From assembly GCA_018711415.1 (NCBI GenBank), contig DVIJ01000004.1:6082-70081 (forward strand): a stretch of 64,000 nt of DNA, in the 5' to 3' direction. The stretch is from Candidatus Scatomorpha merdavium (GTDB lineage: Bacteria > Bacillota > Clostridia > Oscillospirales > Oscillospiraceae). The notes under the pieces are model-generated. The model saw only the letters and a list, made by a program, of their open reading frames with translations. It was not told the origin of the DNA and made no database searches. The position numbers were made by a program, and so were the translations under genes. Every line of letters begins with the position of its first letter. The stretch's first letter is position 1. This document shows positions 52,257 to 61,007 of the stretch, piece after piece.

Positions 52257-54392
52257 ATGAAAAAACTTGTAAGTACAGGCAGGCTCTTCGCCTTCGGGCT
52301 GCTCGTCGTGGCGCTGCTGGCGCTGTGCGTCGGCACCCTCTATAAGCTCCAGATAATTGAGGGCGCCGCCTATTACGAGGAGAGCCAGAACAAACAGGGC
52401 TCGGAACAGACCGTCACCGCCGCCCGCGGGAATATACTGGACCGCTACGGCAGAGTGCTCGTCTCCAACCGGGAGTGCTACAACCTCAAGATAAGCGACA
52501 AGAGGCTCTTTTCGGACGAGGTGGAGGACCCGAACGCCGTCATACTCCAGATGATAAACATGGTCGAGGCCGCCGGGGACAAATATACAGACGACCTGCC
52601 CATCACCAAGGAGCCGCCCTTTGAATACACCAACATGACGGATATCCAGCGTATGCTCCTGAACGCCTACCTGAAGGACAAAGGCCTGGACGAGGACACC
52701 ACCGCCGTGGAGCTCATGAGCTACTTCCGCACGCGCTACGATATCGCCGGGAGCTACAACGCAGAGGAGATGCGCAAGATAGCCAGCGTGCGCTACGCCG
52801 TGAACGTCCGCTACGCCATCAACACCAACCCCTATGTCTTTGTAGAGGACGCCTCCATAGACCTCATCTCGGACCTCATGGGCGTGGTCGGCAACGTGGT
52901 GGAAGTGGAGACCTCCTACATCCGCGAATACAACACGCAGTACGCCGCGCACATCCTGGGCTACGTCCAGGCCATGTCCGACGCAGATATGGAAAAATAC
53001 CGCCCCGGCAAGGAAAACAGTACCTACGACTACGACACCAAGGTCGGCAAGGACGGCGTTGAGCTCGCCTTTGAGAACTGGCTGCACGGCACGAACGGCA
53101 AGGCCACAGTCGAGCGGACCGCCTCCGGCACCGTGACCAGCACGATATATACCGAGGACCCCGTCCCCGGCAACCACGTCTACCTGACGATAGACATACA
53201 GCTGCAGGAGGCCGTGGAGAGGATCCTCGAAACGGGCATACAGACCCTCCAGCTCAAGCGAGACGAGGACAACCTCAAGGCCGTGTCCGAGGGCCGGACG
53301 GACGACGTCCGCGAGGACATACAGGGCGGGGCCATAGTCGTCGTGGACATCAAGACCGGAGAGCCCCTGGCCATCGCCAGCTACCCGACCTATAACCTCT
53401 CCACCCTGCTGGAGGATTACGACGAGATCTCCTCCACCGAATATGACCCGCTCTTCAACCGGGCGCTCCTGGGCGCCTATGCGCCGGGCTCCACCTTCAA
53501 GCCCTGCACGGCCATTGCCGGCCTCTCGGAGAACATCATCAACACCGAAACGCAGATCCTCTGCGACGGCGTGTTCACCAAATACTCCGACCAGGGCTAC
53601 GCCCCCGAGTGCTGGATCTATACGCAGGACCACCTCACTCACGGCAACGACAACGTCACCGAGGCGCTGAAGGACTCCTGCAACATTTTCTTCTACACCA
53701 TGGCGGATAATCTCGGCATACGCAAGCTCATGGAATACGCCGAGGACTTCGGCCTGGGCGAGTCCACCGGTATCGAGCTCGTCGAGACCACCGGCAACAT
53801 GGCAAACCCCGATAACCACCTCACCTACGACGTGGACGAGTGGGTGGACGGCGACACTGTCCAGACCGGTATCGGCCAGTCGGACAGCCTGTTCACGCCG
53901 CTGCAGCTGGCAGAGTACTGCGCCGCCATCGCCAACGGCGGCACGCGCCACTCCGCCGCCCTGCTCAAGAGCGTCCGCAGCTTCGACTATTCCCGCCAGC
54001 TCTACCAGAAGGATACCGAGGCCCTCTCCACCGTGGAGACCGCAGACTACAACTGGGCCGCCGTCCAGCGCGGTATGTACCTCATGGCCAACGACATCTC
54101 GAGCTCCAGCCTCACGGTCTACTACGCCCTCGGGAACTACAGCTATAACGGCGTGAGCCTGCCCGTCGCCGCCAAGACCGGTACCTCCCAGCTCGGCGAG
54201 GACAAGACCAACAACGCCATCTTCATGTGCTACGCCCCCTTCGACGACCCGCAGATAGCCATCTCCATCGTGGTGGAGCGCGGCCAGTCCGGCGCGAACC
54301 TCTCGAGCATGGCCCGCAACGTGCTGGACGCATACTTCGGCCTGGGGGACAAATCCAGCACCGCGGACAGCGAATATACCCTGCTCAAGTAA
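52257..54392 (+). CDS. mrdA: Penicillin-binding protein 2 (class B transpeptidase)
   Basis: 711 aa. N-terminal TM. SxxK GSTFKP, SxN KDSCN, KTG AKTGTS. Confidence 0.9.
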   Translation: MKKLVSTGRLFAFGLLVVALLALCVGTLYKLQIIEGAAYYEESQNKQGSEQTVTAARGNILDRYGRVLVSNRECYNLKISDKRLFSDEVEDPNAVILQMINMVEAAGDKYTDDLPITKEPPFEYTNMTDIQRMLLNAYLKDKGLDEDTTAVELMSYFRTRYDIAGSYNAEEMRKIASVRYAVNVRYAINTNPYVFVEDASIDLISDLMGVVGNVVEVETSYIREYNTQYAAHILGYVQAMSDADMEKYRPGKENSTYDYDTKVGKDGVELAFENWLHGTNGKATVERTASGTVTSTIYTEDPVPGNHVYLTIDIQLQEAVERILETGIQTLQLKRDEDNLKAVSEGRTDDVREDIQGGAIVVVDIKTGEPLAIASYPTYNLSTLLEDYDEISSTEYDPLFNRALLGAYAPGSTFKPCTAIAGLSENIINTETQILCDGVFTKYSDQGYAPECWIYTQDHLTHGNDNVTEALKDSCNIFFYTMADNLGIRKLMEYAEDFGLGESTGIELVETTGNMANPDNHLTYDVDEWVDGDTVQTGIGQSDSLFTPLQLAEYCAAIANGGTRHSAALLKSVRSFDYSRQLYQKDTEALSTVETADYNWAAVQRGMYLMANDISSSSLTVYYALGNYSYNGVSLPVAAKTGTSQLGEDKTNNAIFMCYAPFDDPQIAISIVVERGQSGANLSSMARNVLDAYFGLGDKSSTADSEYTLLK

Positions 54393-54435
54393 AAAGTAAA
54401 AAGCACGGAAATATGCGGAAAAGCTGAGAAATCTG

Positions 54436-54464
54436 TTGCAGTATTCGCAAATGTGGCATATAAT
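54436..54464 (+). promoter_or_regulatory. Promoter of the MGS-like gene (and probably hisS-aspS)
   Basis: TTGCAG (54436-54441), 17 nt, TATAAT (54459-54464). Confidence 0.55.
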
Positions 54465-54493
54465 TAACTTCTAAGGCAATTAGGAATGTACAG

Positions 54494-54524
54494 CCTCCGG
54501 CTGGGGAGCCGGAGGGTCCGGAGG
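54494..54524 (+). promoter_or_regulatory. Leader hairpin with anti-SD sequence and duplicated CCGGAGGG
   Basis: cctccggct gggg agccggagg (9-bp perfect stem, 54494-54515). The same CCTCCGG can pair with the second CCGGAGG (54518-54524), which is the probable SD of the MGS-like gene. Confidence 0.35.
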
Positions 54525-54535
54525 GAGAAAGGAAT

Positions 54536-54937
54536 ATGAATATCGCGCTGCTTGCCGACGATGGAAAAAAGGAACTGATGGTCCAGTTCTGCATCGCATA
54601 TTGCGGCATCCTGGCAGAGCACAGCATCTGTGCAACGACAACAACCGGTAAACTCGTCAGCGAGGCGACGGGCCTGCCGATAACCCTGTACCTGCACGAC
54701 AAACAGGGCGCACAGCAGATAGGCGCAAGGATAGCTTACAACGAGATAGACCTCGTCATCTGCTTCTGCGACCCGGCCAACCCGGAGGGCTTCGACAGCG
54801 TCAACAAGCTCTCCCGCCTCTGCGACCAGCACCTCATCCCGATGGCCACCAACGCCGCAACGGCGGAGGTGCTCATCCAGGGCCTGCGCCGGGGCGACCT
54901 CGATTGGCGAGACATCGTCAACCCCAAGAAAAAATAA
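54536..54937 (+). CDS. Methylglyoxal synthase-like (MGS-fold) protein with substituted catalytic residues
   Basis: 133 aa. MNIALLADDGKKELMVQF, ATTTTGKLV, QGAQQIGARI, DLVICFCDP. MgsA-like throughout, but the His/Asp catalytic positions are not conserved (see finding). Confidence 0.8.
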   Translation: MNIALLADDGKKELMVQFCIAYCGILAEHSICATTTTGKLVSEATGLPITLYLHDKQGAQQIGARIAYNEIDLVICFCDPANPEGFDSVNKLSRLCDQHLIPMATNAATAEVLIQGLRRGDLDWRDIVNPKKK

Positions 54938-54948
54938 GCACGCGCCAG

Positions 54949-54977
54949 AGGGCGGCGGTAAGTTTTTCCGCCGCCCT
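54949..54977 (+). other. GC-rich hairpin between the MGS-like gene and hisS (no U tract)
   Basis: agggcggcgg taagttttt ccgccgccct, 10-bp perfect stem. Could be an mRNA processing or stability element, or a weak terminator. Confidence 0.35.
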
Positions 54978-55012
54978 TGCGCTGTATCCATATGAGTTTG
55001 GAGGTCATCAAG

Positions 55013-56368
55013 ATGGAAAAGGTCACGCCGAGGACGCTGTCCGGCTTCATGGAGCTGCTGCCCGCGGACCAGCTGAAAATGGAGCGCCTGCTCGGCACTC
55101 TCAGAAGGGTCTATTCCCTCTACGGCTTCACGCCGCTCGACACCCCGGCAATAGAATCCGCCGAGGTCCTGCTCGCCAAGGGCGGCGGCGAGACCGAAAA
55201 ACAGATATACAGGTTCATGAAGGGCGACTCGGACCTCGCGCTCAGGTTCGACCTGACGGTCCCCCTGGCGAAGTACGTCGCCGCCAACTACGCGAAGCTC
55301 CAGTTCCCCTTCCGCCGCTTCCAGATAGGCAAGGTCTGGCGCGGCGAGCGCGCCCAGCGCGGCCGCTTCCGCGAGTTCTACCAGGCAGATATAGACGTCA
55401 TAGGCGACGGGAAGCTGGACATCATGAACGAAGCGGAGATCCCCTCCATCATCTGCCGGGCCTTCACGGAGCTCGGGCTCCGTGACTTCACCATCCGCAT
55501 AAACAACCGCAAGGTCCTGGGCGGCTTTTTCCGGATGCACGGCATGTCCGCCCCCGCGGAGATACTCCGCACCATTGACAAGCTCGAAAAGATCGGCGCA
55601 GAAAAGGTCCGCGCCATTCTGCTGGAGGACTGCGGGCTGGACGAGAGCCAGGCCGCCGCGGTGCTGGACTTCACTGGCTTTACCGGGACCACGGCCGAAA
55701 AGCTCGCCTTCCTGGAGGGCATGTGCGGCCGGGACGAGCTCTTCGACGAGGGCGTGCGCGAGCTGCGCACGGTGGCGGAAGCCCTGCCGGGCCTCGGCGT
55801 GCCGCCGGAGCGCTTCGCGCTGGACTTCACCATCGCCCGCGGGCTGGACTACTACACCGGCACGGTGTACGAGACGACGATAAACTCCCACCCGGAGATA
55901 GGCTCCGTCTGCTCCGGCGGCAGGTACGACGACCTCGCCGAGTACTATACGGACCGCAAGCTGCCCGGCGCGGGCATCTCGATAGGCGTGACCCGCCTGT
56001 TCTACGTCCTCTCCGAGCAGGGGCTGCTGAACCCGGAGCTCGAGGCCGCCCCCGCGGACGCCATCGTCCTTCCCATGACGGAGGACCTCGGCTTCGCCGC
56101 AGAGACGGCCACCCTCCTGCGCGAGTCCGGCATCCGCACCCAGCTCTATACGGAGGAAAAGAAATTCAAGCAGAAGCTCTCCTACGCCTCGAAGCTAGGC
56201 ATACCCTTCGCCGTGATAATAGGCGAGGACGAGGCGAAGAGCGGGCTCGTCTCGCTCAAGGACATGCGCCGGGGCGAGCAGATAAGCTGCGCGCCTGCCG
56301 AGGCGGCGGAAAAGATAAAAGCGGCCCTGGCCGAGAGCGCCGGAGCCAGGCTCATAAAGGAAAAGTAA
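55013..56368 (+). CDS. hisS: Histidine--tRNA ligase
   Basis: 451 aa from ATG 55013 (GGAGG 9 nt upstream). Class II motifs ..LRFDLTVPLARY-like LRFDLTVPLAKYV, FQIGKVWRGERAQRGRFREFYQ, GGRYDDL. Anticodon-binding C-terminus. Confidence 0.95.
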   Translation: MEKVTPRTLSGFMELLPADQLKMERLLGTLRRVYSLYGFTPLDTPAIESAEVLLAKGGGETEKQIYRFMKGDSDLALRFDLTVPLAKYVAANYAKLQFPFRRFQIGKVWRGERAQRGRFREFYQADIDVIGDGKLDIMNEAEIPSIICRAFTELGLRDFTIRINNRKVLGGFFRMHGMSAPAEILRTIDKLEKIGAEKVRAILLEDCGLDESQAAAVLDFTGFTGTTAEKLAFLEGMCGRDELFDEGVRELRTVAEALPGLGVPPERFALDFTIARGLDYYTGTVYETTINSHPEIGSVCSGGRYDDLAEYYTDRKLPGAGISIGVTRLFYVLSEQGLLNPELEAAPADAIVLPMTEDLGFAAETATLLRESGIRTQLYTEEKKFKQKLSYASKLGIPFAVIIGEDEAKSGLVSLKDMRRGEQISCAPAEAAEKIKAALAESAGARLIKEK

Positions 56369-56381
56369 GGGGTAAGTGGCA

Positions 56382-58154
56382 ATGATGCAGTCAAGGACAC
56401 ACAACTGCGGCGAGCTGCGGCTCGCCGACGCCGGCAAGAACGTCAAAATAGTCGGCTGGATGGAAAATATACGCGAGGTCTCCGCCGCGCTGGCCTTCAT
56501 CGTCGTGCGGGACTTCTACGGCACGACCCAGGTCGTCGCGGAGACGGAGGAGATGGTCAAAGCCTTCAAGGCCGTTACGCGCGAGAGCACCGTGAGCGTA
56601 GAGGGCGTCGTGCGCGAGCGCGCCAGCAAGAACCCCAAGCTCCCCACCGGCGACATAGAGGTCGTCCCGGAGAAGCTGGAGGTGCTGGGCCGCTGCCGCT
56701 ATAACGAGCTGCCCTTCCAGATAAACCGCTCCCGCGAGGCGGACGAGGCCGCCAGGCTCCGCTACCGCTTCCTGGACCTGCGCAACCCGGAGGTCAAGGC
56801 GAACATCGTCCTGCGCTCGAAGGTCATCTCCGCGCTCAGGCGCGCGATGGAGGCCCAGGGCTTCATGGAGATCACGACGCCCATCCTCACCGTGTCCAGC
56901 CCCGAGGGCGCGCGCGACTACCTCGTCCCCGCGCGCAACCACCCCGGCAAGTTCTACGCCCTGCCCCAGGCCCCGCAGCAGTTCAAGCAGCTGCTCATGG
57001 CCTCCGGCTTCGACCGCTACTTCCAGATAGCCCCCTGCTTCCGCGACGAGGACGCCAGGGCGGACCGCTCCCCCGGCGAGTTCTACCAGCTCGATATGGA
57101 GATGGCCTTCGCCTCGCAGGAGGACGTGTTCGAGGTGCTGGAGGCGGTGCTGCCGCCCATCTTTGCGGAGTACGGCAAGTACTCCCGCGCCTCCGCCGCC
57201 CCCTTCAAGCGCATACCGTATATGGAAGCGCTCGAAAAATACGGCACGGATAAGCCCGACCTGCGCATAGACCTCACGGCGCAGGACGCGACGGAGCTCC
57301 TTTCCGGCTGCGGCTTCGGCCCCTTCGAGGGGAACGTCGTGAAGGCCGTGGCGGTCTCGGGCTACGCCGGCAGCCGCAAGCAGATAGACAAGCTCTGCGC
57401 GGACGCCGAGGTCCAGTCCGGGAACAAGGCCTATTGGTTCCGGGTGGACGAAAAGGGCGAGATCGTCGGCGGGATAGCCAAGTTCGTGCAGCCCACAGCG
57501 GAGCAGGTGAAGGCCGGGCTCGGCATTGCGCCGAACACGCTGGTCCTGCTGGCCTCCGGTACGAAGGGCGCGGCGCAAAAGACCGCAGGCGTCCTCATAA
57601 AGCTCGCTGGCGCGGCCTGCCCGGAGCATATGGACCTTGAAAAATACGAATTCTGCTGGATAGTGGACTTCCCCATGTACGAGATCGGCGAGGAGTCGGG
57701 CGAGCTGGAGTTCTGCCACAACCCCTTCTCCATGCCGAAGGGCGGCCTTGCCACCCTGCTGGCCGCCGAGCGCGGGGAGATAGACCCCCTCACCATCACC
57801 GCGGACCAGTACGACCTCGTGTGCAACGGCGTGGAGCTCTCCTCCGGCGCGGTGCGGAACCACGAGCCGGACATCATGCTCAAGGCCTTTGAGATGGTCA
57901 AGCTCGGCGAGGAGGACGTGAAGGCGAAGTTCCCCGCCATGTACAACGCCTTCTGCTACGGCGCGCCCCCGCATGCGGGCATAGCCCCGGGCGTGGACCG
58001 CATGGTCATGCTCCTGGCGGGAGAGGACTCCATCCGCGAGATCATCCCCTTCCCGATGAACAAGAGCGCGCAGGACCTCATGATGGGCGCGCCCGGCGAG
58101 GTCACGCAAAAGCAGCTCGACGAGCTGCATATCGCCGTCGTCAAGAGCGAGTGA
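56382..58154 (+). CDS. aspS: Aspartate--tRNA ligase
   Basis: 590 aa from ATG 56382. N-terminal OB (GWMENIREVSAALAFIVVRD), FRDEDARADRSPGEFYQLDMEM, PPHAGIAPGVDR. Confidence 0.95.
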   Translation: MMQSRTHNCGELRLADAGKNVKIVGWMENIREVSAALAFIVVRDFYGTTQVVAETEEMVKAFKAVTRESTVSVEGVVRERASKNPKLPTGDIEVVPEKLEVLGRCRYNELPFQINRSREADEAARLRYRFLDLRNPEVKANIVLRSKVISALRRAMEAQGFMEITTPILTVSSPEGARDYLVPARNHPGKFYALPQAPQQFKQLLMASGFDRYFQIAPCFRDEDARADRSPGEFYQLDMEMAFASQEDVFEVLEAVLPPIFAEYGKYSRASAAPFKRIPYMEALEKYGTDKPDLRIDLTAQDATELLSGCGFGPFEGNVVKAVAVSGYAGSRKQIDKLCADAEVQSGNKAYWFRVDEKGEIVGGIAKFVQPTAEQVKAGLGIAPNTLVLLASGTKGAAQKTAGVLIKLAGAACPEHMDLEKYEFCWIVDFPMYEIGEESGELEFCHNPFSMPKGGLATLLAAERGEIDPLTITADQYDLVCNGVELSSGAVRNHEPDIMLKAFEMVKLGEEDVKAKFPAMYNAFCYGAPPHAGIAPGVDRMVMLLAGEDSIREIIPFPMNKSAQDLMMGAPGEVTQKQLDELHIAVVKSE

Positions 58155-58159
58155 TATTC

Positions 58160-58195
58160 GGGGGAGGCCCCTCGGCAGGGTCTCCCCCGTTCTCT
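58160..58195 (+). terminator. Possible aspS terminator
   Basis: gggggag ...15 nt... ctccccc, followed by gttctcttatt. Modest stem and weak U tract. Confidence 0.35.
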
Positions 58196-58213
58196 TATTA
58201 GGAGGGCTGAAAG

Positions 58214-58990
58214 ATGGAGAACTTATTCCTTGAAAAATACCTCAAGGGCGAGAAGAGCCTCGGCACCTTCACGCACCTTTTGAGCGCGCCCGCCGTCGAG
58301 GCGCTGGCCAGGGCGGGCATGGATTACGTCATCATCGACATCGAGCACAGCCCCATAGGCGCGGAGCACGCCGCGGAGCTCGTCGGCGTCGCTGCGGGCG
58401 CGGGCCTTGCGCCCTTCGTCCGCGTGGACGAGATAGGCCGCAGCCCCGTGCTCAAAATGCTCGACGTCGGCGCGGCGGGGCTCATCGTCCCCCAGCTCGA
58501 GACCGCCGAACAGGCGAGGCGGCTCGTCTCCTGGGCCAAGTTCGCGCCCACGGGCAGCCGCGGCTACTGTCCCTCCCGCGACGGAGGCTGGGGCTGGGAC
58601 GAGAACTACCAGTCCGGCATGGACGGCTACATGGCCTGGGCCAACCGGAACACCCTGCTCATACCCCAGTGCGAGACTGCCGGCTGCCTTGAGAATATAG
58701 AGACCATCGTCTCCATAGACGGCGTGGACGGCATCTTCATCGGCCCCTTCGACCTGTCCATAGCCCTCGGCATCCCCGGCAGGTTCGACGACGAGCGGCA
58801 CATAAACGCAGTCGAGCGCGTCCGGCTCGCCTGCAAAAAGGCCGGCAAACCCTGCATCATGTTCTGCGGCAGCGGCGATGCAGCCGCGGGCTATTTCAAG
58901 CAGGGCTTCGACAGCGTCACCGTCGGCCTGGACATAGCCATGCTCATAGACGCCGCGCGCGGCGTGACCGCGGCGGCCTTTGGAAAATAA
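58214..58990 (+). CDS. HpcH/HpaI-family aldolase
   Basis: 258 aa. MDYVIIDIEHSP, FVRV, LIVPQLETAEQA, IPQCET, DGIFIGPFDLS. Confidence 0.85.
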   Translation: MENLFLEKYLKGEKSLGTFTHLLSAPAVEALARAGMDYVIIDIEHSPIGAEHAAELVGVAAGAGLAPFVRVDEIGRSPVLKMLDVGAAGLIVPQLETAEQARRLVSWAKFAPTGSRGYCPSRDGGWGWDENYQSGMDGYMAWANRNTLLIPQCETAGCLENIETIVSIDGVDGIFIGPFDLSIALGIPGRFDDERHINAVERVRLACKKAGKPCIMFCGSGDAAAGYFKQGFDSVTVGLDIAMLIDAARGVTAAAFGK

Positions 58991-59011
58991 AGTCTGGAAG
59001 GGGTGCTCCCG

Positions 59012-60529
59012 ATGGTATCGCGCATACGCTCGCTTGGGATAAAGGGCGTCGGCGGCTACGAGGTATCCGTCGAGTGTTCCGTTGCCCAGGGGCTGCCGGG
59101 CTTTGAGATCGTCGGTCTGCCGGACGCCGCCGTGCGGGAGGCCAGGGACAGGGTCCGAGCAGCAATAAAGAACTCCGGGCTCAAGTTCCCCGTCTCCAGG
59201 CTGACGGTGAACCTCGCCCCGGCTGATACGAAAAAGGCCGGCACGGTGTACGACCTGCCCGTCCTGCTCGGCATCCTCGCCGTCACGGGGGAGATAAAGG
59301 AACCGCCGGCCGACTGCGCCTTCTTCGGGGAGCTCTCCCTGGCCGGGGAGCTGCGTCCGGTGCGCGGCGCGCTGCCCATGGCGCTGGCGGCGGAGCGCGC
59401 CGGGATAAAACGGCTCTTCGTCCCCGCGGACAACGCGCCCGAGGCGGCCTTCGCCTCCGGGCTGGAGGTATACCCCGTGGAGAGCGTGCCTCAGCTGCTG
59501 GAGTACTTCCGCGGCCAGACGGAGCTCGAGCCCGCAAAGGCCGAGGCCGAGCCCCGCGCCGCAGAGGGCGGGCCGGACTTCTCCGAGGTCAAGGGCCAGC
59601 TCTACGCCAAAAGGGCGCTGGAGGTCGCCGCCGCGGGCGGACACAACGTCCTCATGGTCGGGCCTCCGGGTTCGGGCAAGAGCATGCTGGCAAAGCGGAT
59701 GGTCTCCATCCTTCCGGACATGAGCCGGGAGGAGATGCTGGAGACAACGGAGATACACTCCGTCAGCGGGCTCACGAGCCGGACGCGGCCCATCGTGGAT
59801 TCCCGGCCCTTCCGCGCCCCGCACCACACGACCTCGGCGGCGGCGATGGCCGGCGGGGCGCAGCTGCAGCCCGGCGAGATGAGCCTCGCGCACAACGGCA
59901 TCCTCTTCCTGGACGAGCTGCCCGAGTTCCACCGCGACGTCCGCGAGACCCTGCGCCAGCCGCTGGAGGAGGGCGTCGTGACGGTCTCCCGCGCCGCCGG
60001 AACGGTGACGTACCCGAGCCGCTTCATGCTGATCTGCGCCATGAACCCCTGCAAATGCGGCTGGCTCGGCCACCCGACCCAGCGCTGCACCTGCTCGGAT
60101 ACGGAGATAAAGCGCTACCACTCCCGCGTCTCCGGCCCCCTGCTGGACAGGATAGACATGATAATAGAAGTCCCCGCCCTCAACTACGCGGAGCTCTCCG
60201 GCAAAGCGGAGGCGGAGCCCTCCTCGGAGATCAAAAAGCGTGTGGACGCCGCACGGGCCAGGCAGCGCGAGCGGCTCAGGGATACGGGCGCGGACTGCAA
60301 CGCGCACATGGGTCCGCGCGAGATGTCGGCCTTCTGCGCGCTGAGCCCAGCCTGCTCCGCGCTCATGGAAAACGCATATAGGAAGCTGGGCCTTTCCGCC
60401 CGCAGCTACGACAGGATCCTCCGCGTCGCCCGGACGATCGCGGACCTCGAGGGCGCGGAAAACATAGAGCCCGGCCACCTGGCCGAAGCCATACAGTACA
60501 GGACCTGGGACTTCCGGAGCGCGGACTGA
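59012..60529 (+). CDS. comM: YifB/ComM-family Mg-chelatase-like AAA+ ATPase
   Basis: 505 aa from ATG 59012. GLPGFEIVGLPD, Walker A GPPGSGKS, ILFLDELPEF, C-terminal SARSYDRILRVARTIADLEG. Confidence 0.92.
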   Translation: MVSRIRSLGIKGVGGYEVSVECSVAQGLPGFEIVGLPDAAVREARDRVRAAIKNSGLKFPVSRLTVNLAPADTKKAGTVYDLPVLLGILAVTGEIKEPPADCAFFGELSLAGELRPVRGALPMALAAERAGIKRLFVPADNAPEAAFASGLEVYPVESVPQLLEYFRGQTELEPAKAEAEPRAAEGGPDFSEVKGQLYAKRALEVAAAGGHNVLMVGPPGSGKSMLAKRMVSILPDMSREEMLETTEIHSVSGLTSRTRPIVDSRPFRAPHHTTSAAAMAGGAQLQPGEMSLAHNGILFLDELPEFHRDVRETLRQPLEEGVVTVSRAAGTVTYPSRFMLICAMNPCKCGWLGHPTQRCTCSDTEIKRYHSRVSGPLLDRIDMIIEVPALNYAELSGKAEAEPSSEIKKRVDAARARQRERLRDTGADCNAHMGPREMSAFCALSPACSALMENAYRKLGLSARSYDRILRVARTIADLEGAENIEPGHLAEAIQYRTWDFRSAD

Positions 60530-60580
60530 GCCGGAAAACCGGTGCGCGCAGGCAGGAAAACAGGGCAAGTCATCAATATC

Positions 60581-60616
60581 AACAGCGCCTCCGCGCCCGG
60601 TGGCGCTGTTCTTTTG
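60581..60616 (+). terminator. comM terminator
   Basis: aacagcgcc ...12 nt... ggcgctgtt (9 bp), followed by cttttg. Confidence 0.55.
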
Positions 60617-60629
60617 CATATGTACGCTG

Positions 60630-60658
60630 TTGCGTTCAGGGACGGGCTGTGCTAAAAT
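60630..60658 (+). promoter_or_regulatory. Promoter of small ORF-thiI-cinA
   Basis: TTGCGT (60630-60635), 17 nt, TAAAAT (60653-60658). Confidence 0.5.
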
Positions 60659-60702
60659 ATTTTTATCTATGCGCACTTGGCGCTTCCGCATGGGGGAATG
60701 AG

Positions 60703-60996
60703 ATGGACGGAACATATGCTGCCAGCCTCTGCTGGGGCGGGATAACAGGCGGGCGCCTCTGCATACAGCCGGGTGGGCTGCTGTTTTCCACGGACAAGAT
60801 ACAGGTCCCGCGGGACAAGAGGCGTATTTTCATACCCTTTGCCGACATTCGCGGCGTAGACCGCTCACGCGTGCTCGGCTTTCCCTCCGTCGTGCTGGAG
60901 ACCGAGGTCAGGAGATGGGAGTTTGTCATCTTCCGCCGTGCCGCGTTCCTGCGCGGGCTGAGAAGCTGCTGGGCGGGAAGCAATATTTCGTTTTAG
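60703..60996 (+). CDS. Small hypothetical protein, possibly bacterial PH/GRAM-like
   Basis: 97 aa from ATG 60703 (GGGGGAA SD; the track start 60649 precedes the predicted TSS). ...GGLLFSTDKIQVPRDKRRIFIPFADIRGV... No confident family. Confidence 0.45.
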   Translation: MDGTYAASLCWGGITGGRLCIQPGGLLFSTDKIQVPRDKRRIFIPFADIRGVDRSRVLGFPSVVLETEVRRWEFVIFRRAAFLRGLRSCWAGSNISF

Positions 60997-61007
60997 GGTG
61001 ATATTCT

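Noticed and set aside
50294-54392. Absence of mreB, rodA and minCDE from the maf-mreC-mreD-pbp2 cluster
   Set aside because: Noted, but not evidence of anything. These genes can lie elsewhere in the genome, and that cannot be assessed from this window.
54938-55012. Looked for a T-box leader upstream of hisS-aspS
   Set aside because: Only 75 nt separate the MGS-like gene from hisS, and the 143-nt leader before the MGS-like gene is also too short. I saw no T-box consensus (AAnnnGGGUGGnACCGCG-type) and no specifier-loop architecture. Only a simple hairpin is present.
58223-60715. 830-aa minus-strand ORF
   Set aside because: It spans two unrelated, well-supported plus-strand genes (the HpcH aldolase and comM) together with their intergenic terminator, so it cannot be a real gene.
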